Positions 10,191-20,393 are shown, counted from the stretch's first letter. The stretch is DNA of 60,796 nucleotides from a virus (IMGVR_UViG_3300033143_007105:1-60796); one strand, 5' to 3'. The notes: generated by a model not told the origin, from the letters alone. Numbers and translations: made by a program.

Positions 10191-11096
10191 ATGAATATTA
10201 CTCTTTATACTCCGGATATTGGTATTAAGACAAAATTACCAATGTTTCAGAATTTGGCATTAATGAAGATATCTGCTTTTTATAAGCAAAGAGGTTGTAG
10301 TGTTGAGTGGTATAATACAGATAAAAAATATGATAAAGTTTATACTTCATCAGTTTTTACATTTTCTAATAAATCAAAAGTTCCAGAAAATTCTATTTGT
10401 GGAGGATCAGCATTTGATTTTAAGTTAAAATTACCTTTAATAATTGATAATACTAAACCAGATTATACACTTTATCCAAACATTAAGACAGATTTGGGAT
10501 ATCTCACAAGGGGTTGTATAAGAAAATGTTCAACTTGTATTGTTCCTCAAATAGAAGGTGATATTTATCCATATAGAGATATTGAACAAGTCATAAAAAG
10601 AAAAGATGGTGTTGTTCTTTTAGATAATAATATATTAGCTTCAGAATATGGAATACATCAAATTGAAAAAATTGTTAAATTGAAAATTAGAGTTGATTTT
10701 AACCAGGGATTAGATGCAAGATTAATTGATGATTCTATTGCAAAATTACTATCAAAAGTTAAATGGTTATCTCCCTTAAGAATGGCCTGTGATTCTTTAA
10801 AGATGATTGAACCAATAAGAAAAGCTACTGAATTATTAAGGTGGTATAATACTGTCCCAAGTCAATTTTTCGTATATGTACTTTTAAAGGATAGTTTGGA
10901 TGATGTTATTGAGATAGTAAGATTTTTAAAAGGGATGAGACTTGACCCTTTTGTTCAACCTTATAGGGATAGAAATAACACCAAACCCCCTAAATTACAT
11001 AAAAGATTTGCAAGGTGGGTGAATTGGAAACCAGAATTTAGAAAACAAACTTGGGAAGAATATTATAAAAGAATGTGTGAACATTTAGAGGAGTAA
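10191..11096 (+). CDS. radical SAM protein
   Basis: NLALMKISA N-terminus, TRGCIRKCSTC (CxxxCxxC), LLDNNILA, DFNQGLDAR, PFVQPY; AAGGAG RBS. Confidence 0.85.
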   Translation: MNITLYTPDIGIKTKLPMFQNLALMKISAFYKQRGCSVEWYNTDKKYDKVYTSSVFTFSNKSKVPENSICGGSAFDFKLKLPLIIDNTKPDYTLYPNIKTDLGYLTRGCIRKCSTCIVPQIEGDIYPYRDIEQVIKRKDGVVLLDNNILASEYGIHQIEKIVKLKIRVDFNQGLDARLIDDSIAKLLSKVKWLSPLRMACDSLKMIEPIRKATELLRWYNTVPSQFFVYVLLKDSLDDVIEIVRFLKGMRLDPFVQPYRDRNNTKPPKLHKRFARWVNWKPEFRKQTWEEYYKRMCEHLEE

Positions 11097-11100
11097 AATT

Positions 11101-11382
11101 ATGAGTTGGGGAGAAAGAAGTTGTAAAAATAAACCTTGTCCAATACCTGATAAATGTACTTATGAAACTTGTGATGTAGATTGTCCTAGATATCAATGGG
11201 ATGGGAAAACGAAACCTGATTCTGTATCAAAAAACAGATTGAATAATACTTGTAATGAAAACGCAAATGCTAATTTGGAGGATTTTATAAGACAACAGCG
11301 AATGGAGGAAAACAAGAAGAAGTCTATTCCTAAAAATTGGAGAAAGATAGTAAAAAAAGGTACATTGAAGAGGAAAAAATGA
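11101..11382 (+). CDS. hypothetical Cys-rich protein
   Basis: ORF, GAGGAG RBS. Confidence 0.55.
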   Translation: MSWGERSCKNKPCPIPDKCTYETCDVDCPRYQWDGKTKPDSVSKNRLNNTCNENANANLEDFIRQQRMEENKKKSIPKNWRKIVKKGTLKRKK

Positions 11383-11522
11383 TATCTAATATTATGGAAA
11401 AATTAGAAAAAGAAGTATTGGGATTTGAGAAAAAGTGTGGCGTGTTTATGATAAGTGATATAGAGATAAAGTTGTTTGGAAATATAAGAAAGTTAATAAT
11501 TAGATAAAATGAGGGGTGTGTT

Positions 11523-12338
11523 ATGAAGAAAAAGAAAACAATAAAGAAAAAGAAAACAATAAAGAAAGTTAATAAGAACTTAACAGAAGCTCTAAATTTC
11601 TTTGAGAAAAAGAAAACTGTTAAGAAGAAGAAAATTGTAAGAAAACATACTAAGAAGATATTGAAAAAGAATAAAGTAGTATCTAATGAAATAGTTAATA
11701 ATAACAAAGAAATAACTAAAGAAAATAATAAGATATTAAAGCCTTTAGTGCCACAACAACAATCATTTTGTAATCATTTTGTAGAGAATTTCAATGCAAC
11801 AAAGTCAGCAAAATTAGCAGGTTACAGTGAGAAGAGTGCAGGAGTGCAGGGTTGTTCTTTACTTAAGATACCTAAGGTTAAAGAGGAAATCAAACGTCTG
11901 AAGAAAATTAAATTAGATGAATTGGGTGTTACTAAGGAATCAGTATTAAAAAGACTTTATGATATTGGTTTTGGTAATATAGGAGATTATGTTGATTGGG
12001 AAAATGATCCTAAGTTAGAAAAAGAACATGGTGTCAAAAAAGGTGTTGTTTCATTGAAACCGGGTGATTCTTTATCTGATCATCAAAAATCTTTGGTAAA
12101 TGAGATATCCCAAACAAAGGAAGGATGGAAACTAAAATTAAAGGATTCATTAAAAGCATTGGAAATGTTAGGTAGACACTTTGGTATGTTTATTGAAAAA
12201 CATGAAGTTTCTGGAAGAGATGGAGAACCTATTCAACATTCAACACAAATTGATCTTGATAAACTGAATATAGATCAACTAAGGTTGTTAAAATCAGTAT
12301 TTAATGTTGGTAAGATAAAGGATAATAAAAAAGATTAA
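11523..12338 (+). CDS. terS: terminase small subunit with Lys-rich N-terminal extension
   Basis: QQQSFCNHFVENFNATKSAKLAGYSEKSA...LLKIPKV (HTH), KLKDSLKALEMLGRHFGMF, EVSGRDGEPI. Confidence 0.88.
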   Translation: MKKKKTIKKKKTIKKVNKNLTEALNFFEKKKTVKKKKIVRKHTKKILKKNKVVSNEIVNNNKEITKENNKILKPLVPQQQSFCNHFVENFNATKSAKLAGYSEKSAGVQGCSLLKIPKVKEEIKRLKKIKLDELGVTKESVLKRLYDIGFGNIGDYVDWENDPKLEKEHGVKKGVVSLKPGDSLSDHQKSLVNEISQTKEGWKLKLKDSLKALEMLGRHFGMFIEKHEVSGRDGEPIQHSTQIDLDKLNIDQLRLLKSVFNVGKIKDNKKD

Positions 12339-12520
12339 AGATGGTATTTGAAAATGAATAAAAAAACTTGTCATACTTGTAAACATAAAAGAAATAAGTA
12401 TATTAGAAAAGGTAATTATGATATTTTTGCTAAATTTGGATGTTCTTTTTATGGTAGAAATAGATTTAGATCAATATCAAATTGTCCGTATTGGCAAGGG
12501 TTAAAGAATAAGGAGATTGG

Positions 12521-12817
12521 ATGAAAGTAAATTTACATGAAGTAATACATGAATTAGAAGAGTGTTTTAAAATCACAGATAATAATAGACATAAATATGA
12601 AGCAATGTATCAAAGATTAGGGAGTCTTTTCAGTGATGAGAAGACATTTGGTGATGGGGTGCTTTATTCTGTATGTAGAATTGTTGAGATAGCTAATGAA
12701 CCTGGACTAGCCGCAGAAATTCTTTCAACAGCAATGAATGTGGAAGATTTAAGTTTAAAATTAGTAGATATAAGTGACAGAAAATTTATGAAAAAAATAT
12801 TGAAGGAAATAAAATGA
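12521..12817 (+). CDS. hypothetical protein
   Basis: AAGGAG RBS, overlap with next gene. Confidence 0.55.
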   Translation: MKVNLHEVIHELEECFKITDNNRHKYEAMYQRLGSLFSDEKTFGDGVLYSVCRIVEIANEPGLAAEILSTAMNVEDLSLKLVDISDRKFMKKILKEIK

Positions 12818-13485
12818 ATCCATACAGAGAATACACTGATAAACTAGGGTTTATTCATCTTTATAAGAACCCACAAGGACCAAGTGATAATGCTAGATTA
12901 TACACTGCACAAGCTTATATGTTGGATATATTGAATAAAGAGTTTTTATTCAATGATCAGGAAAGAATATTAAACTATGGAAGTGTTGATTTTGGATTGT
13001 TTGATAAATATCCCGGACTTAACAAGTTGAATTCACATGATAATCAAATAGGTTATCTCTCTACTGCAAAGATTTTAAGGAAAAAATCTATGATAAGGGG
13101 TGTTTATACTTATGGTGAAATGTTTGGGTATTGTTATAACAATTTAAAACCTGGAAAATTTGATATTAAAGCACAGAGACAGGGTAACTTTGTTGCATTT
13201 TGTAAGATGTGTTATCATAAAATACCTAACCTTTGGTTATTATTGTGGTTTTATGGTGCAATTACTGTTTCAATTTATAAGTGGAAAAAGAGGAAGGAAA
13301 CATCAACAGCTATTCTTTCAAAAATGATGTTGATAGTTTTAGATAAGTGGCATACAAAACTCTTTGAAAAATTATTTGATTGGTTGGTTGATTTTAAAAA
13401 GGTAGTAAACATATACTATCCCAAGAATCATCCATTAATTGCAGCTTGGGAAAAATATATAATGAGGAAAAATGATAACATTTAA
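12814..13485 (+). CDS. hypothetical protein
   Basis: 223-aa ORF, translationally coupled. Confidence 0.6.
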   Translation: MNPYREYTDKLGFIHLYKNPQGPSDNARLYTAQAYMLDILNKEFLFNDQERILNYGSVDFGLFDKYPGLNKLNSHDNQIGYLSTAKILRKKSMIRGVYTYGEMFGYCYNNLKPGKFDIKAQRQGNFVAFCKMCYHKIPNLWLLLWFYGAITVSIYKWKKRKETSTAILSKMMLIVLDKWHTKLFEKLFDWLVDFKKVVNIYYPKNHPLIAAWEKYIMRKNDNI

Positions 13486-14238
13486 AGAGTTTCAAAAAGA
13501 AATTATGGTTGATGATTCTGGAGCATATATAACTCCAGATATTTTTGAAAATCTTACAAAGAGAGTATATGAACTTTATGTAGAAAAAGAAAAATTAGAT
13601 AAACAGATAGTTTCTTTGGAATATGATATTGAAACATTAAAAAGTATGACATAGGGGTGTATATGAATGAATTAAATAATTTTTTAGAAGAAATGGAAGA
13701 AGATAAAGAATTTGCTAAACAGGAAAGGCTTCAGGAGAGTCGTGCAAGTAATTATGAAGCCGGAGCTTATGAATTTGATTATGATGAAGAAGATGAGTGT
13801 GATGAAGATTATGATTATGATAGTGAATATGAAGAGGATGAATGACTAAACAAAAGAGAATAAATAAGATAATAGACTTATCTTATAAATTACAAAGAGC
13901 TGAAGCTTATCTTAAATATTATAATAAAAGTAAGGCAATAGAGGATGTTATTAGAATTTCAAAGACAATAAAACAATTTAAAAAAACTATTGCACAACAT
14001 GAAAAAATTTATACAAGAGAATTTGGAGAAGTGGAATTATAATATGGAAGCTGAAAATTATAAAAGTAGGTCATTTTGTAGAAAAATTAATTGTCCTGCA
14101 CAAAAGGAAATTGATATTGCTGATACACCTTCATTAAAAGAAATAATTAAAAATAAGAGATGTGTTGATTGTATGGCACACAGATTTCATCAATTTTTAA
14201 AAGAAGAAGGTTATATGGTTATTAGAGAAGAGATATAG
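13472..14238 (+). other. run of four small hypothetical ORFs (13472-13654, 13657-13845 acidic, 13842-14042, about 14044-14238)
   Basis: Tightly packed or overlapping ORFs with RBS-like sequences. Confidence 0.5.
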
Positions 14239-14274
14239 AGAGTAAATTATGATTTATTGTGATTTAATAAAATA

Positions 14275-16383
14275 ATGAATGAATCAAAAATACCAATTTC
14301 AGAACATCAACTTGATATTCGTATTGCTAGAAATAATCTTCTTGATTTCACTACATTCACAAAACATGATTATGAAGTAAATTGGCATCATGCAAAACTT
14401 TGTCATTATCTTGATAAATTTATAGCCGGAGAAATAAAGAGATTATTAGTATTCATGCCCGTTCGAACAGGTAAGCAAATAGCTGATTCTACTATTATTT
14501 TAACAACTAAAGGTTGGAGAAAGCACGGAGGGTTAAAAGTAAATGATTATGTTTTTGGTTCTGATGGGAAACCTACAAAAATTATAGCTTTATCCCCTAA
14601 ATCAGTTTCTAAAATGAAAGTAATATTTGGTGATGGAGAAGAAATTTTATGTCATGAGAATCATGAATGGAAAGTTTATGATAGAAAAGATAAAAAGATA
14701 AAATTATTGGAGACTAAGGAAATTTTTGAGAATTTTTCAAAAATGGATATTTTTAAAAAAGAAGCAGTTGGGAGATTTTTAATTCTTACTGAACCATATG
14801 GTGTGCCAAAAAATTATAGTTTTTATAAGGTTAAAGACTTTACTACTGAGTTAAAAGAGCTTCCAAAATTCGGTTTTTTGGCAGGAACTAGAATAATAAA
14901 AAATGTAAAACATCTTATATATTCTAAAGAGCAGGGAAATTGTATACAAGTTGATAATAAAGATGGATTATACTTGGTAGGAAAAAAATTAATACCAACA
15001 CATAATTCTGAACTTGTTTCCAGGAGACTTCCAGCTTTTTTATTTGGAAAAGATCCTAATGCCAGTATTATTTCAACTTCCTATGGAGCTACCTTAGCAT
15101 CAAGAATGAATAGGGATGTTCAAAGAATAATTGAATCAAAAGAATATCAACAACTTTTTCCTGATACTAAACTTTTTGGTAAAAATGTTCAAACCCTCGC
15201 AGATGGGACATATCTTAAAAATTCAGAGATATTTGAGATTGTAGATCATAAAGGTTATTATATATCAGCAGGGATTGGAGGAGCAATAACTGGAAGTGGT
15301 GGAAAATATCTTTTGTGTGATGATCCTATTAAGAACAGAAAAGAAGCTAACTCTAAAACTTACAGAGAAGCTATTTGGGAATGGTATGGTTCAACTTTCT
15401 ATACTAGACAGGAAAAGGATGCATCTATTCTCATAACTCAAACCAGATGGCATGAGGATGATATGTCAGGTAGGTTGTTAGAAAAATCATTATCAGATGA
15501 GGATGCAGATCAGTGGACTGTTATTAATTTTCCTGCTATTAAAGATCAAGAAGATCCATACATTAGATTTCAACCAGAAGGTTTTGAAGATCCTAGAGAA
15601 GATGGTGAAGCTCTTTGGGAGAATAAATATTCCAGAAAGAAATTAAAAGCTATTAGAGCATCCATTTCATCAAAGGATTGGAACTCTATTTTTCAACAAA
15701 GACCTAAACCAGACAAAGGTGATATCATTCACAGGGAGTGGTATAGATTTTACAGGGTTGTTCCAGGAGATCTTGAAACAATTACTCTTAGTTGGGATAT
15801 GAATTTTAAAGAGAGTGTTAATTCATCTTTTGTTGAAGGTCAGGTTTGGGGTAAAAAGGGAGCAAATAGATATCTTCTTGATGAATTTAGAGAACAGGTA
15901 GGTTTTGTTCAGACTATAAAGGCTATGATTTCCTTTAATAAAAAATGGGATAAATTATCAAGGGTGATATTAAAGAATTCAGATTCTTCTTTTATTAGAG
16001 AAAATATTGTTGAAGAAAAAGCTAATGGTTCTGCTGTCATTGACACATTAAAAACAAAAATACCAGGACTTATTCCTTATAATCCAACAGAAAGCAAGGA
16101 AGCAAGAATGAATGCTGTAGCTCCACAAATTGCAGCAGGGAATGTTTTTCTACCTGATCCTAATGTTGACCACGAACACACTGATATGGATGTCCATGAT
16201 TTCATTGAGGAGACTGTAGGCTTTCCATCAGCAAAGTTTTCTGATAGATGTGATGCAATGAGTCAACTTTTGATAAGATTGAGAGAAACAACTTGGTTGG
16301 ATATTTTGGAAAGTGATGAAGATGAAAATGATTCTGGGATGAGTGATGATTTAAAAGAATTATTTTGGGGGGATAAATTTTGA
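14275..16383 (+). CDS. terL: terminase large subunit, intein-containing
   Basis: Walker A MPVRTGK|SELVS once the intein is removed, GIGGAITGSG, Walker B LLCDDPIKN, QTRWHEDD, nuclease SWDMNFK, VEEKANG, DRCDAMSQ. Confidence 0.95.
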   Translation: MNESKIPISEHQLDIRIARNNLLDFTTFTKHDYEVNWHHAKLCHYLDKFIAGEIKRLLVFMPVRTGKQIADSTIILTTKGWRKHGGLKVNDYVFGSDGKPTKIIALSPKSVSKMKVIFGDGEEILCHENHEWKVYDRKDKKIKLLETKEIFENFSKMDIFKKEAVGRFLILTEPYGVPKNYSFYKVKDFTTELKELPKFGFLAGTRIIKNVKHLIYSKEQGNCIQVDNKDGLYLVGKKLIPTHNSELVSRRLPAFLFGKDPNASIISTSYGATLASRMNRDVQRIIESKEYQQLFPDTKLFGKNVQTLADGTYLKNSEIFEIVDHKGYYISAGIGGAITGSGGKYLLCDDPIKNRKEANSKTYREAIWEWYGSTFYTRQEKDASILITQTRWHEDDMSGRLLEKSLSDEDADQWTVINFPAIKDQEDPYIRFQPEGFEDPREDGEALWENKYSRKKLKAIRASISSKDWNSIFQQRPKPDKGDIIHREWYRFYRVVPGDLETITLSWDMNFKESVNSSFVEGQVWGKKGANRYLLDEFREQVGFVQTIKAMISFNKKWDKLSRVILKNSDSSFIRENIVEEKANGSAVIDTLKTKIPGLIPYNPTESKEARMNAVAPQIAAGNVFLPDPNVDHEHTDMDVHDFIEETVGFPSAKFSDRCDAMSQLLIRLRETTWLDILESDEDENDSGMSDDLKELFWGDKF
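14476..15006 (+). mobile_element. mini-intein (177 aa), class-3-like, no homing endonuclease
   Basis: Starts QIADSTIILTTKGW..GGLKVNDYVFGSDGKPT; block B CHENHEW; block F CIQVD; ends LIPTHN followed by Ser; inserted directly after the Walker A Lys. Confidence 0.9.
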
Positions 16384-16385
16384 TT

Positions 16386-16547
16386 AAACATAATAATATT
16401 CATGGATTAAAATCTTAAAATATCCTATTTACTATAGTGTCATTATAATTATTTGTATTCATTATATTATTCACTTTTGTATTGACAAAATTATTGAATT
16501 ATGTTAAGATTAAGACATAATAAGGAAAAGGAGAAAATGTTATGAAA
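16386..16547 (+). repeat. 162-bp promoter/RBS direct repeat, copy 1
   Basis: Near-identical to 16851-17012 (offset 465 bp). Confidence 0.92.
16482..16510 (+). promoter_or_regulatory. sigma70-type promoter
   Basis: TTGACA-17 bp-TAAGAT with TGn extension; AAGGAG RBS before ATG 16542. Confidence 0.8.
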
Positions 16548-16781
16548 TATTTATTAATAAGAAATGATCGCTGTTTCGGAGTAACAGAGACTGAAGATAA
16601 TATCAAAAATTGTAGTGTAAATTACGGAAAATTTATTAATGGTGGTCCTAGGCTTCATCAATTTGGTAGAGCAACAGCAAGAGCAATCAACAAAACAAAT
16701 TTAAAGAAATTTCTTGGTGGACACAGTACTAAAGAAAGAGAATGGCTGCTCTTAAATAAAGATTATTATGATGTTAATTAA
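16542..16781 (+). CDS. hypothetical protein (promoter cassette 1)
   Basis: Directly follows repeat copy 1 RBS. Confidence 0.7.
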   Translation: MKYLLIRNDRCFGVTETEDNIKNCSVNYGKFINGGPRLHQFGRATARAINKTNLKKFLGGHSTKEREWLLLNKDYYDVN

Positions 16782-16850
16782 GAAAAAGGGTTTATTATGA
16801 AAAAAGAAAAAATAGAAAAATATCTTATTTACTATTTGATAATTTCAATC

Positions 16851-17012
16851 AAACATAATAATATGCATGAATTAAAATTTTAAACTGTTCTATTTATTAT
16901 AGTGTCATTACAACCATTTGTATTCATTATATTATTCATTTTTGTATTGACAAAATTATTGAATTATGTTAAGATTAAGATATAATAAGGAAAAGGAGAT
17001 AATGTTATGAAA
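16851..17012 (+). repeat. 162-bp promoter/RBS direct repeat, copy 2
   Basis: Near-identical to 16386-16547. Confidence 0.92.
16947..16975 (+). promoter_or_regulatory. sigma70-type promoter
   Basis: TTGACA-17 bp-TAAGAT, identical to copy 1. Confidence 0.8.
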
Positions 17013-17402
17013 ATATGTGAAATTTGTGGAGAAGATCACAGCTTAGAGCGAATTTGTGATAGTCAAGATATTTGTATAGATTGTTATAATAATCTGGAGA
17101 TGAAAACATGTGATGAACAGATGAAAAATATTTTTAGTTTTTCCCCGGATTATATCAATGAAATTCCAGTAGAAAATTGTGACAAAGTAACAGCAGAATA
17201 TGGGAAATCTTGGTTCAGGGACGAGGTGAGAGAATATTATTTTGATCCACACAATCCAGTTTGGGACATAGTTTTTCATGATCCCACAAGCGGGGAATGG
17301 TGGAAAATGAAAAAAAGTGAACAGAAAAAACTCGATGAAATTTTGTTATCTATAGATAGCATGTTGGAATGGAGGAGAAAATGTTATGAAAAAATATTAT
17401 AA
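17007..17402 (+). CDS. hypothetical protein with N-terminal zinc ribbon (promoter cassette 2)
   Basis: CEICG...ICIDC; AAGGAG RBS. Confidence 0.7.
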   Translation: MKICEICGEDHSLERICDSQDICIDCYNNLEMKTCDEQMKNIFSFSPDYINEIPVENCDKVTAEYGKSWFRDEVREYYFDPHNPVWDIVFHDPTSGEWWKMKKSEQKKLDEILLSIDSMLEWRRKCYEKIL

Positions 17403-17580
17403 AATTGATGATAAATACACAGAATGGTGCTTAGAATCCTGGGTATATGTAAACAAGAAAGGGATAAAACGCATAAAAACATATCGTGCTAACGGGAGCG
17501 GTTTTAAAGAAACAAAATATTTCAATTTTGAGGATCTAACGCATGAAGATCAACTTTTTTGGACTAGCAGATTAAAATAA
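17386..17580 (+). CDS. hypothetical protein
   Basis: GGAGGAG RBS followed by aaaatgttatgaaa, matching the repeat's start context. Confidence 0.6.
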   Translation: MKKYYKIDDKYTEWCLESWVYVNKKGIKRIKTYRANGSGFKETKYFNFEDLTHEDQLFWTSRLK

Positions 17581-17591
17581 GGAAATAAATT

Positions 17592-17768
17592 ATGAACAAG
17601 AAAGAAATATTAAAACAAATTAAAAACCAGAAAATTACTCGTATTCGTGCTGGGTTTTTTCTGAATGAAGATTTGTTAAAAGAATTTAAAACAAAGTGTG
17701 ACAAGTTGGAAGTCTCACAATCTGTACTTTTAGAAATTATTATGAAAGATTTTCTCAGTTTAAAATAA
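17592..17768 (+). CDS. ribbon-helix-helix DNA-binding protein (58 aa, not in ORF track)
   Basis: RIRAGFFLNEDLLKEFKTKCDKLEVSQSVLLEIIMKDFL has the RHH strand-helix-helix pattern; AAGGA RBS. Confidence 0.65.
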   Translation: MNKKEILKQIKNQKITRIRAGFFLNEDLLKEFKTKCDKLEVSQSVLLEIIMKDFLSLK

Positions 17769-17904
17769 TCCTTTAACTTACTTTAATTAATAAATATCCT
17801 ATTTATTATTGTTGACTTTTGTGTTACTTTATTAATAGTATTATTTGTTTGATAAAGAGTTCTAAAGTAATTTCTTTTAAAAACATAATATTTGGAGATA
17901 TATT

Positions 17905-18615
17905 ATGAGTAAAGCAACAGAATTATTAGAAAAGATAAGGGAATTAAAAGAATCAGTTGTTAAAGTTAGAATGATTGATGATAAAATTGCTGTTGAATCA
18001 CCTTATAATTCTGATTTTGTTAAGAAAGCAAGACAGATGCAGGGCAAATGGGATTCCAAAAATAAAGTATGGGTTTTTGATAATGAAGATAGGAGTTTAG
18101 TTTTAGATATACTTCGTTCAGTTTATGGTTATGAGGAAAGTGGTGAGTTAGTTACAGTGGAAGTAGGGGGTGATGCTCTTAAATCTGGTGATAAATACGA
18201 TCATATTGTTTTATTTGGACAGGATTTAGCAAAACGGTGGGATAGGGATAGTGAGGTTAAATTGCCAAAAAATGTAAGAGTGATTAAAGGTGATTTTGCT
18301 TCTAGTGGTGGTTCTAGGAAAAGTCCTGCTATTGGAGATATTGTTGGAGTGGTTTTAAAAGTAAAAGATGTGTCAAAGATGAAAGCAGAAGAACTTTTAA
18401 ATGAATATCCAAAAGATGTTAAAATTATTACAAAACTTGCTCCTATTATCAAAAAGAATGACTTAAAAAAAGCAGGTGTTTGGGATGATTTAATTAAGGA
18501 AATAAAATCATTATCGGATAAATATGATATTGCTTTTTCTGGTAAGATTACTATTGGTAAAATTAAACCTAAATATGTAATAGATCAGAATACTGGAAAT
18601 ATTTCATTTGAATAA
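17905..18615 (+). CDS. putative internal head/cargo protein (class-A leader)
   Basis: MSKATELLEKIRELKE; cargo SPYNSDFVKKARQMQGKWD...WVF...VYG. Confidence 0.7.
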   Translation: MSKATELLEKIRELKESVVKVRMIDDKIAVESPYNSDFVKKARQMQGKWDSKNKVWVFDNEDRSLVLDILRSVYGYEESGELVTVEVGGDALKSGDKYDHIVLFGQDLAKRWDRDSEVKLPKNVRVIKGDFASSGGSRKSPAIGDIVGVVLKVKDVSKMKAEELLNEYPKDVKIITKLAPIIKKNDLKKAGVWDDLIKEIKSLSDKYDIAFSGKITIGKIKPKYVIDQNTGNISFE

Positions 18616-18650
18616 TATATCTAAAACAACTATTAACATTTAAGGAAAAT

Positions 18651-20393
18651 ATGGGATTTTTAGATTCTTTACAATTTTGGAAAAGTAAAAATATTACATT
18701 GAATCAAGCACAAGCTACCTTACTTGAGAAAATGTTTCCAGGTTTTAAAAACATTAAATCTGAAGAGGATCTTAATAAATTATCTGAAAGGGTTATTGCA
18801 GGGGTGAACGATACTGATGCAATGGATGATTTCAGAGAAGCTATTAAGGAAAATCTCCAATCCGGTAATCTTAAAAATTATCATGTTGCTGCTGCTTTGT
18901 CTGCTGTTTATACAAAAGTTTCTCGGTATTGGAAGGATATAATAAGAGAAATTGATAAAGTTAGGAACAACTATTTAGTTGATCTTATTATTAATCAGAT
19001 TACAGAGGATGCTCTTGCTCCGGATGTATCAACCGGGGAAATATTAAATGTTTTTTCTAAGAATACAAAAATCAATAAAGAATTAAAATATTTAGATGAG
19101 AAATTTAAGTTTGATGATTTTGTTGCTGATTTTACTCCGGACCTTTGTGCTTATGGTGAACAAACATTTTCAACTAAAATAAGGACAAAGAATAATAAAG
19201 AGAAACAAGAATCCATTACTGAAAAAATGAGGAAGAAGTTTGAAAAGGATTCTAATATAAATGAGGAAAAATCTGAATTAGATAATAATGAGGAGGAAGG
19301 CAGTTTAGGTTTAGTTGAACTGAATGATGATGTTCCTCATGGAACTGTTATTGGAATTTCAAAAGGTATTGAAATTGATGGATATTTAGTTATTAATGAT
19401 AAAGATAAAATAGAGAAAAGATCAAATTGGGATTATGTTAAATTCAGGCTTGGTAAATCTAAAATAAGAATTGATCTACATCAAGAGTTTGCTCATGCAA
19501 ATAAGAATTTAAAACAGGCAATGAAAGATATTCCTAGATTTGTTAGAATTGGGAAAGGTTTTATATATCCTATTATTGCAAAACTCAAAGAATTAGAACT
19601 TTTAGAAGTTCTTGTTCCAGCAACAAAAATCAATAAACTTTCATCAGGTACTTTAATTGGAATGAACGTACCTTCAGGAACAAAAATTGAAGATGCTATG
19701 AAAGCATCAAGGAAATTAGAAGGGATAATAAATAAGAAAGTTGGTATTGATACACAGAAAGAGGAGATATCACTTGTCAATATAATGTCCTCAGCAGGAA
19801 GGGTAAAAATAGTTCCTCAGTTTGGTGAAAAAGGCAGTCTTTCAAAATTAGATCATCATTCTGAGGAACCTGATGATTTGTTAAGTTCTATCAGGGATAT
19901 TAGAGAAGTAGTATCAACAACAATTGGTATTCCTTTTGAAATCTTATTTCTTTCTGATACCGATAAAAAAGTTGAGATCTTAAAACGCTATGCAAGATAT
20001 ATAAGGAAATTGAAAAGTGTCCAGAAAGCAATTTCTGATGGTATCAGACAAATTATCTATGTTCATCTTGTCAATGTTGGTATTTCATTTACTCCAAAAG
20101 ATATTGAAATTGAATTTAGGAATAAATTAGTTGAAGTGGATCAATTAGATAAATTGGAATTTGCCGACACTGTTGTTAGTATGTTGGGTAATATAAAGAG
20201 CTTCTTTTATGAATTAGCAGAAGAGGATTCTCCACTTGCAGGATATGTTAATTTTGAAGGGTTAGTAAAAGTGTTAAACGAGTATTTGAAAAGTATTGGA
20301 TTATCAGGAGCAATAAGAGATAAACCACTAAAAGAACCTGAAACTGTACCGGATGAAGAGGATGATGAAGAAGAAACTCAAAGAAAAGTTTAA
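18651..20393 (+). CDS. portal protein (T4 gp20-like position and size)
   Basis: 580 aa, downstream of TerL and upstream of the protease; IINQITEDAL, DLCAYGE, IGIPFEIL, RYARYIRKLKSVQKAISDG pattern. Confidence 0.7.
   Translation: MGFLDSLQFWKSKNITLNQAQATLLEKMFPGFKNIKSEEDLNKLSERVIAGVNDTDAMDDFREAIKENLQSGNLKNYHVAAALSAVYTKVSRYWKDIIREIDKVRNNYLVDLIINQITEDALAPDVSTGEILNVFSKNTKINKELKYLDEKFKFDDFVADFTPDLCAYGEQTFSTKIRTKNNKEKQESITEKMRKKFEKDSNINEEKSELDNNEEEGSLGLVELNDDVPHGTVIGISKGIEIDGYLVINDKDKIEKRSNWDYVKFRLGKSKIRIDLHQEFAHANKNLKQAMKDIPRFVRIGKGFIYPIIAKLKELELLEVLVPATKINKLSSGTLIGMNVPSGTKIEDAMKASRKLEGIINKKVGIDTQKEEISLVNIMSSAGRVKIVPQFGEKGSLSKLDHHSEEPDDLLSSIRDIREVVSTTIGIPFEILFLSDTDKKVEILKRYARYIRKLKSVQKAISDGIRQIIYVHLVNVGISFTPKDIEIEFRNKLVEVDQLDKLEFADTVVSMLGNIKSFFYELAEEDSPLAGYVNFEGLVKVLNEYLKSIGLSGAIRDKPLKEPETVPDEEDDEEETQRKV

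Noticed and set aside
16386-17012. Repeats as a CRISPR array or IS ends
   Set aside because: Only two 162-bp direct copies containing a promoter and RBS; no short repeat-spacer periodicity and no transposase
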